NCBI RefSeq assembly: GCF_000017305.1
Contig: NC_009664.2
Coordinates: 2,100,001 to 2,132,000, forward strand
From: Kineococcus radiotolerans SRS30216 = ATCC BAA-149
GTDB taxonomy: Bacteria; Actinomycetota; Actinomycetes; Actinomycetales; Kineococcaceae
Direction of reading: 5' to 3'
Length of the DNA: 32,000 bases
Positions 23,016-29,789 of the stretch are shown here, in pieces. A program made the translations under genes and the position numbers. The notes beneath the pieces are model-generated. The model ran no database searches. It was not told the DNA's origin and worked only from the letters and a program-made list of their open reading frames with translations. Position 1 is the first letter of the stretch, and the number at the start of each line of letters is the position of its first letter.

Positions 23016-23017
23016 GG

Positions 23018-23335
23018 TCAGGCCTGCGGGTGGTCGGCCAGCGGCCACCCGCCGGCGGCCAGGTGCGAGGACACCCGGGCGACGTCGGCGGCGGCGGGCT
23101 CGTCGAGGGTGGCCTCGTTGACGAGGCGCTCGACGTCGGCGACGGTGATGACCTCGCCCTGCCCGGCGAGTCCGGCGAGCTCGGCGGCGATCCCGTGGAC
23201 CTCCTCGTCGGTCAGCTTGCGGCGCAGCAGACCCAGCAGCACCACGTAGTCCTGCCGCGGGACCCCGCCGGGGTAGCCCGCGCGCAGCCAGTCGACGACG
23301 CGGGTCGCGAGGTTGGTGGAGCCGGTGGAGGTCAT
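23018..23335 (-). CDS. DUF3349-like small soluble protein
   Basis: The internal ATG at 23335 is preceded by GGGAGA; 105 aa. The translation MTSTGSTNLATRVVDWLRAGYPGGVPRQDYVVLLGLLRRKLTDEEVHGIAAEL... matches my memory of the DUF3349 N-terminal signature (WLRAGYPEGVPxxDYxPLLALL). Confidence 0.75.
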   Translation of the reverse strand: MTSTGSTNLATRVVDWLRAGYPGGVPRQDYVVLLGLLRRKLTDEEVHGIAAELAGLAGQGEVITVADVERLVNEATLDEPAAADVARVSSHLAAGGWPLADHPQA

Positions 23336-23348
23336 GGGTGGTCTCCCG

Positions 23349-23648
23349 TCACTTGTCGACGATGGTCGGGACGACGCCCTCGAAGCCGAGGGTCTTGCCG
23401 AAGCCACTGGCGACGATGTAGGTGATCCCGATCGCGACGGCCGCGACCACGACGGCGAAGCAGACGATGGCGAGGACCTTCCCGATCGGGTGCCCCGGGG
23501 CGTGGCTGGTCTCGGCGTCGCCGCCGGCCCCGTGGGCCATGGCCCGCACGCCGGCGGAGAAGAGCACCGGCAGGCCGGCGCCGAGGAGGAGGGCGAGCAG
23601 GAGGATCCTCCACAGCGCGTCGCCGACGAGGGTCAGGTTCTGGACCAC
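23349..23648 (-). CDS. Small membrane protein (2 predicted TM helices), Pit-associated
   Basis: GTG 23648 lies 5 nt after GAGGAA and 11 nt after the pit stop; 99 aa. Translation: VVQNLTLVGDALWRILLLALLLGAGLPVLF...KVLAIVCFAVVVAAVAIGITYIV. Confidence 0.65.
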   Translation of the reverse strand: MVQNLTLVGDALWRILLLALLLGAGLPVLFSAGVRAMAHGAGGDAETSHAPGHPIGKVLAIVCFAVVVAAVAIGITYIVASGFGKTLGFEGVVPTIVDK

Positions 23649-23659
23649 GTGCGTTCCTC

Positions 23660-24877
23660 TCAGACCGCGGCGGGGGTGCGCTCGGCACCCTCGCTCGCGT
23701 CCCACTCGTCGTTGACGTTGCCGGCGTGCACGGGGTTCTTGCGCGAGTGGCGCACCACCAGGAGGGTGAAGACGACCAGCACCGCCGTGATGGCGAGCGC
23801 CCCGACGGCGCCGCCGCCGAGCAGGTTCCCGATCCACCACGTGAGGGCGCCGACGATCCCGGCGGCCGGGATGGTCGTCACCCACGCGATCACCATGCGG
23901 CCCGCGACCCGCCAGCGGACGGTGGCGCCGGGCTTGCCGAGGCCCGCGCCGAGCACCGACCCCGTGGTGACGTGGGTGGTGGACAGCGCGAAGCCCATGT
24001 GGCTGGAGATGAGGATGACCGCGCCGGAGGCGGTCTCGGCGGCCATGCCCTGCGGGGGCGTGATCTCGATGAGGCCCTTGCCGAGGGTGCGGATGATGCG
24101 CCAGCCGCCGAGGTAGGTGCCCAGGGCGATCGCGAGCGCGCAGACGGCCTTCACCCAGAACGGGATGGTCTCGGTGCTGGACCAGTGCCCGGAGGCGATG
24201 AGCCCGAGGGTGATGACGCCCATCGTCTTCTGCGCGTCGTTCGTCCCGTGCGCCAGCGACACCAGCGAGGCGGAGCCGATCTGGCCCCAGCGGAACCCCT
24301 GGTCGGTGAAACGCTGGGCGACACCCGAGACGACCTTGTGCACGACGAAGGTGCCGACCGTCGCGACGACCGCGGCGAGGACCGGGGAGGCGATCGCGGG
24401 GATGACGACCTTCCCCACGACGCCGTCGATCTTGCTGCCGTCGCCGTTCCAGTTGACCCCGGCCCAGCCGAGACCGGCGACGGTGGCGCCGATGAGGCCG
24501 CCGAACAGGGCGTGCGAGGAACTGGAGGGCAGGCCGACCAGCCAGGTCAGCAGGTTCCAGGCGATCGCCCCGACGAGGCCGGCGAGGACGATGAGCAGCA
24601 GGGCCGACCCACCGCCCTCCAGGAGTTCGGGTCTCGGCGCCCCGGACGAGTCCTGGATCTTGACGACGGCGTTCGAGACGGTGAGCGCGACCTCCACGGA
24701 GAGGAAGGCGCCGACGAGGTTGAGGATGCCGGAGAGGCCCACGGCCACCTTGGGCGGCAGGGCTCCGGTGGCGATGGACGTGGCCATCGCGTTCGCGGTG
24801 TCGTGGAAGCCGTTGGTGAAGTCGAAGGTGAGGGCCACCACGACGACCAGCACGAGGATGAGCGTTGCTGTCTCCAC
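23660..24877 (-). CDS. pit: Inorganic phosphate transporter, PiT family
   Basis: 405 aa with a GTG start. The N-terminal FDFTNGFHDTANAMATSI and the second-half HGTNDAQKTMGVI are the paired PiT signature motifs. Confidence 0.9.
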   Translation of the reverse strand: METATLILVLVVVVALTFDFTNGFHDTANAMATSIATGALPPKVAVGLSGILNLVGAFLSVEVALTVSNAVVKIQDSSGAPRPELLEGGGSALLLIVLAGLVGAIAWNLLTWLVGLPSSSSHALFGGLIGATVAGLGWAGVNWNGDGSKIDGVVGKVVIPAIASPVLAAVVATVGTFVVHKVVSGVAQRFTDQGFRWGQIGSASLVSLAHGTNDAQKTMGVITLGLIASGHWSSTETIPFWVKAVCALAIALGTYLGGWRIIRTLGKGLIEITPPQGMAAETASGAVILISSHMGFALSTTHVTTGSVLGAGLGKPGATVRWRVAGRMVIAWVTTIPAAGIVGALTWWIGNLLGGGAVGALAITAVLVVFTLLVVRHSRKNPVHAGNVNDEWDASEGAERTPAAV

Positions 24878-24894
24878 GTGGGGAAAGGCTGCCC

Positions 24895-24938
24895 CTCCGC
24901 GGGCCGGCCGGACACCCGGATCGGCCGGCCCGCGGGAG
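24895..24938 (-). terminator. Strong GC hairpin (14-bp perfect stem plus a 2-bp extension, 11-nt loop) between ppk2 and pit
   Basis: 24897-24910 pairs with 24922-24935. On the minus strand it is followed by GGCAGCCTTTCCCCAC and then the pit GTG. It could be the ppk2 terminator or a pit leader structure. Confidence 0.45.
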
Positions 24939-24939
24939 T

Positions 24940-24961
24940 GTTCACCCCGAGTTCACGCTCG
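24940..24961 (+). promoter_or_regulatory. Two contiguous 11-nt direct repeats GTTCACCCCGA GTTCACGCTCG (PHO-box-like, candidate PhoP site)
   Basis: Read directly. The GTTCAC core recurs with an exact 11-nt period, 63-84 nt upstream of the pit start codon and 19 nt downstream of the ppk2 stop. Confidence 0.4.
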
Positions 24962-24979
24962 CGCGGGAACTCGTCGCGC

Positions 24980-25870
24980 TCAGGACGCCGGGCGGCGGTC
25001 CGCCTCGAGGATCGTGCGGGCGTGGACCACGAGCAGCGGGTCGGGGACCCCGACGACCTCGGGGTCCTTGCCGTCGTAGTCGAAGCGCGCCAGCACGTGC
25101 CGCATGGCGGCGAGGCGGGCCCGCTTCTTGTCGTTGGTCTTGACGACGGTCCACGGCGCGACGTCGGTGTCGGTGGTGGCGAACATCGCCTCCTTGGCGG
25201 CGGTGTACTCGTCCCAGCGGTCCAGGCTCTCGAGGTCCATCGGCGACAGCTTCCACTGCCGGACGGGGTCGATCTGGCGGATGAGGAACCGGGTGCGCTG
25301 CTCGGCGCGGGTGACGGAGAACCAGAACTTCACCAGGTGGATGCCGTCGTCGACGAGCATCTTCTCGAACAGCGGGGCCTGGGCGACGAAGCGGTCGTAC
25401 TCCGCGGGGGAGGCGAAGCCCATGACGCGCTCGACCCCGGCGCGGTTGTACCAGGAGCGGTCGAACAGCACGAACTCCCCGGCCGCGGGCAGGTGCTGGA
25501 CGTAGCGCTGGAAGTACCACTGGGTGGACTCGCGCTCGCTGGGCTTCTCCAGGGCGACGACGCGGGCCCCGCGGGGGTTGAGGTGCTCCATGAACCGCTT
25601 GATGGTGCCGCCCTTGCCGGCCGCGTCGCGGCCCTCGCACAGCACGACGATCCGCTCGCCCGACGCCTTGAGCCAGCGCTGCAGCTTGAGCAGCTCGATC
25701 TGGAGCAGCCGCTTCTCGGCGTCGTACTCCTTCCGGTCCAGCCGCTCGTCGTAGGGGTAGTCCTCGCGCCAGGTGTCGACGACGTTCCCGTCGGGGGTGA
25801 GGAGCTCGGGCTCGTCCTCGTCGTCTCGGACGGTCATGCCCAGGTCGGGAGTCAGCTGCACGTGCGGCAT
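24980..25870 (-). CDS. ppk2: Polyphosphate kinase 2 (PPK2)
   Basis: 296 aa. Walker A-like EGRDAAGKGGTI. Also FDRSWYNRAGVERVMGF, and the LSPMDLESLDRWDEYT lid/PPK2 motifs. Confidence 0.9.
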   Translation of the reverse strand: MPHVQLTPDLGMTVRDDEDEPELLTPDGNVVDTWREDYPYDERLDRKEYDAEKRLLQIELLKLQRWLKASGERIVVLCEGRDAAGKGGTIKRFMEHLNPRGARVVALEKPSERESTQWYFQRYVQHLPAAGEFVLFDRSWYNRAGVERVMGFASPAEYDRFVAQAPLFEKMLVDDGIHLVKFWFSVTRAEQRTRFLIRQIDPVRQWKLSPMDLESLDRWDEYTAAKEAMFATTDTDVAPWTVVKTNDKKRARLAAMRHVLARFDYDGKDPEVVGVPDPLLVVHARTILEADRRPAS

Positions 25871-26091
25871 GGAACCCCGGGCCCTCCCGCACCGGCCGAC
25901 GCCCCGGTGACCCGGCGGTGAACTCCGGGCGAACAGGGCGCGGGACGGTCGCGGGCGGCGACCCTCCCCCGCGCCCGTTACAGGGGGTCACCCGTTCGCC
26001 AGCACCCCACCGGCGGAGCAGGTGCGACCGGGGGCGACCCGATGTCAAGGGGGAGAACGCACCGGATCCGCTACCGAGGAGACCTCCCCCC

Positions 26092-27279
26092 ATGTCTCAG
26101 CACCTCGCCCCCCGCGCCCCCCGCACCCCCCGTCGTCGCGGCTCCCGCGCCCTGCTGGCCGCCGCCGCCCTGCTCACCGCGCTGGGCACCGGCGCCGGCA
26201 CCGTCCCGGCCGCCCACGCCACCTCCGCGCCGGTGATGAACTACGACGGCACCACCGTCAACAACGCCCGCATCCCCGCCGCGAGCATCGGCATCGAGAC
26301 CGCGACCGGGGTGGCCTTCGACCGCGGCGCCTACTTCGTGGGCACCACCCAGGTCGGGACCCTCGGCCCCGTCACCGCGTCCGGGGACACCTACCGCGCC
26401 ACCGGCACCGTGGACCTCACCGGTCGCAGCGGTTCGATCACCCTCGTGGCGAAGCTGTACAAGGGCAAGTACCTCGTCCAGAACGTCTACAAGGTCCTGC
26501 GCCTGGTGCCGCCGGCCCCGCTGGGGATCCCCGCCGGCTGGCCGAACGCGGCCACCACCGGGGTCCCCGCCGGCACCACCCTGACCCCCGCCGGCGACGT
26601 CGTGGTCACCACCCCCGGCACCGTCCTCACCGGCCTCGACATGGGGTGCCTCACCGTCCGCGCCGCCGACGTCGTCGTGCGCAAGTCCCGCGTCACCTGC
26701 ACCGACGGGCGTCAGCTCGCGGTGGCCCTGACCGGCGCCAAGGGCTTCGTCATGGAGGACTCCGAGATCGACGGCGGCGACGGCGGCACCGAGAACGCCA
26801 TCGGCTGGGGCGGCTACACCCTGCGCCGCGTCGAGGTCCGCGGCACCCAGGACGGCCCGCGCCTGGGCTACGACGTGACCATCGCCGACAGCTGGATCCA
26901 CGGCCTGGTGCGTCACGACGACGTCCACACCGACGCCCTGCAGTCCACCAGCGGCGAGCGGATCGTCGTGCGCCACAACACGCTGGACCCCCGGACCCCG
27001 GGCGTGGACGACTTCCTCAACGCCGCGGTGCAGCTGGGCACCGAGACGGGGACAGGGCGGCTGCGCAACGCCGTCTTCGAGAACAACTTCCTCAACGGCG
27101 GCGCGTTCTCGGTCAACGTCAAGTGCAGCGCGAACATCGACTCCAGCGTCGTCTTCCGCAACAACCGCTTCGGCCACGGCAGCCGGTTCGGCGCCGTCAT
27201 CGCCCCGGGCAAGCTGCGCCTGAGCGGCAACACGTACATCGACAACGGCGCCGCGGTGCCCGTCGCCCCGGCCTGCTGA
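26092..27279 (+). CDS. Secreted right-handed beta-helix repeat protein (possible polysaccharide lyase/hydrolase)
   Basis: ATG 26092 follows GAGGAG. Signal peptide MSQHLAPRAPRTPRRRGSRALLAAAALLTALGTGAGTVPAAHA/TS (Tat-like RRR). The C-terminal two thirds show the ~22-aa periodicity of parallel beta-helix coils (VVRKSRVTC, FVMEDSEIDGG, YTLRRVEVRG, VTIADSWIHG, IVVRHNTL, AVFENNFLNG, VVFRNNRFG). Confidence 0.75.
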   Translation: MSQHLAPRAPRTPRRRGSRALLAAAALLTALGTGAGTVPAAHATSAPVMNYDGTTVNNARIPAASIGIETATGVAFDRGAYFVGTTQVGTLGPVTASGDTYRATGTVDLTGRSGSITLVAKLYKGKYLVQNVYKVLRLVPPAPLGIPAGWPNAATTGVPAGTTLTPAGDVVVTTPGTVLTGLDMGCLTVRAADVVVRKSRVTCTDGRQLAVALTGAKGFVMEDSEIDGGDGGTENAIGWGGYTLRRVEVRGTQDGPRLGYDVTIADSWIHGLVRHDDVHTDALQSTSGERIVVRHNTLDPRTPGVDDFLNAAVQLGTETGTGRLRNAVFENNFLNGGAFSVNVKCSANIDSSVVFRNNRFGHGSRFGAVIAPGKLRLSGNTYIDNGAAVPVAPAC

Positions 27280-27308
27280 CCGGGGCGGGGCGGGGCGCGG
27301 CGCCGGGC

Positions 27309-27977
27309 CTACGGCTGCGGCGGGGTCTCCACGATGGCGAAGCCCCGCCCGCGCAGCCGCCGCCGCTCCTCGGCGAGGTGGGCCAGCAGCCGGTCGGCGG
27401 CGCCGCGGCCGTGGGCGGTGACGAGGTCGACGGCGGTGGGCGCGTCGCGGGCCAGGACGGCGTCGACGATGCCGAGGTGCTCGGCGCGCGCGGTGGCCCG
27501 CGACCGCGGCGAGCGCACCTCCAGCCACCGGGTCCGGGCGAGGCGGACCAGCGCCCCGCCGACCGCGTCGGCGAGGAAGCGGTTGCGGGACAGGCGGGCC
27601 AGCGCGACGTGGAAGTCGGCGCCGTCGCGCAGGCCGGAGGGCCCGTCGTCCGCGGCGGACTCCTCGACGAGGGCGCGCACGGCCAGCAGCTCCTCCTCGG
27701 TGGCGCGCTCGACGGCCAGCGCGACGGCCGCGGTCTCGACGGCCTCGCGGTGCTCGACGACGGCGCGGACCTCGGTGAGGTCGATGGGGGTGACCTGCCA
27801 CCCGCGTCCCACCCGGCCGGTGAGCCCCTCGTTCTCCAGCCGGACCAGCGCGGCGCGGATCGGGGTGCGGGAGGCGCCGAGGAGGTCCTCCAGGCCGCGT
27901 TCGCTGAGCTTCTCGCCGGGGACGAGGTCGAACCCGAGGATGGCGGCGCGCAGGGTCTCGTAGGGGCCGTCGGGCAC
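27309..27977 (-). CDS. GntR family (FadR/FCD subfamily) transcriptional regulator
   Basis: GTG 27977 lies 4 nt after AGGAGGAG; 222 aa. wHTH reads LVPGEKLSERGLEDLLGASRTPIRAALVRLENEGLT. The C-terminal domain is helical and FCD-like. Confidence 0.85.
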   Translation of the reverse strand: MPDGPYETLRAAILGFDLVPGEKLSERGLEDLLGASRTPIRAALVRLENEGLTGRVGRGWQVTPIDLTEVRAVVEHREAVETAAVALAVERATEEELLAVRALVEESAADDGPSGLRDGADFHVALARLSRNRFLADAVGGALVRLARTRWLEVRSPRSRATARAEHLGIVDAVLARDAPTAVDLVTAHGRGAADRLLAHLAEERRRLRGRGFAIVETPPQP

Positions 27978-28002
27978 GTCTCCTCCTGGGTCGAGGGGGT
28001 CC

Positions 28003-28036
28003 ACGTTGGTATACCGTCGTGGTATGCCACCAACGT
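28003..28036. promoter_or_regulatory. Candidate GntR operator: ACGTTGGT...ACCAACGT inverted repeat enclosing GGTATACC and GGTATGCC
   Basis: 8-bp arms at 28003-28010 and 28029-28036. A perfect palindrome GGTATACC at 28008-15 and a second copy GGTATGCC at 28021-28, which contains the MFS ATG. This fits the GntR-family GT-Nx-AC operator rule. It is the lowest-GC patch of the divergent intergenic region. Confidence 0.5.
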
Positions 28037-29217
28037 ACACCCCGCTCGCCCGCGTCCCCGCGGCCGCGTGGCGGATGCTCGCGCTCGGCGTCGCCGCCCA
28101 GGCGGCCGGGACCCTCCTCGTGAGCACGCCGGTGTACCTCATCCCCCTCCTGCACGTGGAGCGCGGCCTGCCGCTGGCGCAGGCCGGGGCCCTGGCCTCC
28201 GCCCCCACCCTCGGCATGGTCCTGACCCTGGTGGCCTGGGGGGCGCTGGCCGACCGGCTCGGGGAGCGCTGGGTCATCGCCGGCGGGCTGGCCGCCACCG
28301 CCCTCCTCGCCGCCCTCGCCGCCGGGGCCGACGACCTCGTCCGGCTCGGCGTCCTCCTCGGGCTGGGCGGCGCGGCCTCGGCCAGCACCAACGCCGCCAG
28401 CGGCCGCGTGGTCGTCGGGTGGTTCCCGCGCGAGCGCCGCGGCCTGGCGATGGGCCTGCGGCAGGTGTCGCAGCCGCTGGGGGTCGCCGTCGCCGCCCTC
28501 GCCGTCCCGCCGCTGGCCGCCTCGGGCGGGACCCGGGGCGCGCTGGTCCCGACCGCGGGCGTCCTCGCCGTCCTCGCCCTGGCCTGCGCGGCGGGCATCC
28601 GCAACCCGCCCCGCCCGGGCGCGGCGCAGGTCGCGGCGGCGGGGAACCCCTACCGCCGCGACCGCTTCCTGCTCCGCATCCACGTGGTGTCGGTCCTGCT
28701 GGTCCTGCCGCAGTTCACGCTGACGACGTTCGGGCTGGTCTGGCTGACCCTCGGCCTGGGCTGGGGGGCCACGGCCGCCGGGGTCGTCGTCGGCGGGGCG
28801 CAGTTCGTGGGGGCGCTGGGCCGGATCGGCGTCGGCGTCCTCAGCGACCGGGTCGGCAGCCGGGTCCGGGTCCTGCGCTGGGTCGCGGGATCGGGGGTCG
28901 TGGCCCTCGCCGCGCTGGCGGGCGTGGGCTTCGCGCAGTGGCCGGTCGCCGTGGCCGTGGTCCTCGTCCTCGCCTCCACGATCAGCGTCGCCGACAACGG
29001 CCTGGCCTTCACCTCCGTCGCCGAGGCCGCCGGACCGCGCTGGTCGGGCAGGGCGCTGGGGCTGCAGAACACCGGGCAGTTCGTCGCCGCCTCCGCGGTG
29101 GGCCCCGGCGTCGGCGCGCTGGTCACCGCGATCGGGTACCCGGCCTCCATCGCCCTGGTGGCCCTCGCCCCGCTCCTCGCCCTCCCCCTGGTCCCCCGGC
29201 ACGACCAGCACCGCTGA
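28024..29217 (+). CDS. MFS transporter
   Basis: 397 aa from ATG 28024 (an alternative TTG start lies at 28006). About 12 hydrophobic segments. MFS loop motif GALADRLGERW, repeated as GVLSDRVGSR in the second half. Confidence 0.85.
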   Translation: MPPTYTPLARVPAAAWRMLALGVAAQAAGTLLVSTPVYLIPLLHVERGLPLAQAGALASAPTLGMVLTLVAWGALADRLGERWVIAGGLAATALLAALAAGADDLVRLGVLLGLGGAASASTNAASGRVVVGWFPRERRGLAMGLRQVSQPLGVAVAALAVPPLAASGGTRGALVPTAGVLAVLALACAAGIRNPPRPGAAQVAAAGNPYRRDRFLLRIHVVSVLLVLPQFTLTTFGLVWLTLGLGWGATAAGVVVGGAQFVGALGRIGVGVLSDRVGSRVRVLRWVAGSGVVALAALAGVGFAQWPVAVAVVLVLASTISVADNGLAFTSVAEAAGPRWSGRALGLQNTGQFVAASAVGPGVGALVTAIGYPASIALVALAPLLALPLVPRHDQHR

Positions 29218-29234
29218 GGGGGGAGGATGGGGCG

Positions 29235-29768
29235 GTGGAACTCCTCGGCGACGCCGTCCTGCACGGCGGTGACCGCGCGACCCTGCGCCTGGCCCGCGAC
29301 TACGACCACCCGGTGGCGGCGGTGTGGACGGCCCTCACCGTCCCCGCGCTGACCCGGCTGTGGTGGGCGGACCTGCGCACCGACCTGCAGGTGGGCGGGG
29401 AGTTCTCCCTGGAGTGGCTCACCGGCCCGCCCGGCGAGCTGGAGTGGTGGCCCGGCGAGATCACCGCCATGGACGCCCCCCGGCTGCTGGAGCACACCAA
29501 CTCCGAGCACGGCCTGCTGCGCTGGGAGCTGGAACCCCTCGACGCCGGGGCGCTGCGCGCCCGGACCCGGCTGCGCCTGACGAACGACCTCGAGGGCGAG
29601 GACGCCTGGGTGCCGATGTCGCTGGCCGCCTGGCACCTGCACCTGGACCAGCTCGCGACCGCCCTCGACGGCGGCGGCGTCGACTGGAGCGCGTGGGCGA
29701 GCGCCACGAACCTGCGGATGCGGGAACTGCGCGCCGCCTACGCCGCCACCCTCCCCCGCACCTACTGA
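29235..29768 (+). CDS. SRPBCC/AHSA1-like (START-fold) domain protein
   Basis: GTG 29235 lies 8 nt after GGGAGG; 177 aa. LRLARDYDHPVAAVWTALTVPALTRLWW...GGEFSLEW...GEITAMDAPRLLEHT is typical of Aha1/SRPBCC proteins. Confidence 0.7.
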   Translation: MELLGDAVLHGGDRATLRLARDYDHPVAAVWTALTVPALTRLWWADLRTDLQVGGEFSLEWLTGPPGELEWWPGEITAMDAPRLLEHTNSEHGLLRWELEPLDAGALRARTRLRLTNDLEGEDAWVPMSLAAWHLHLDQLATALDGGGVDWSAWASATNLRMRELRAAYAATLPRTY

Positions 29769-29789
29769 CCCGGGTCCGGCCGCCGGGGT

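Noticed and set aside
22888-23017. Fluoride riboswitch upstream of crcB
   Set aside because: I read the minus strand and could not find the conserved crcB-motif core. The region is occupied by a simple perfect hairpin and a tandem repeat. This needs a covariance-model scan to be certain.
25871-26091. Possible riboswitch or small RNA in the 220-bp region upstream of the beta-helix gene
   Set aside because: Only short direct repeats (CCCGTT x2, GGTGA x2) and a 5-bp dyad are present. Nothing resembles a known riboswitch core, and I cannot support a call.
26022-29768. Giant ORFs of 1248 aa (plus strand) and 1046 aa (26071-29211, minus strand) spanning four real genes
   Set aside because: The translations are almost pure Arg/Pro/Gly/Ala runs with no domain motifs. 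They lie out of frame with, or antisense to, well-supported genes (beta-helix protein, GntR, MFS). This is a typical stop-codon-poor artefact of very high G+C. Only the last 177 codons of the plus-strand ORF (the SRPBCC protein) look real.
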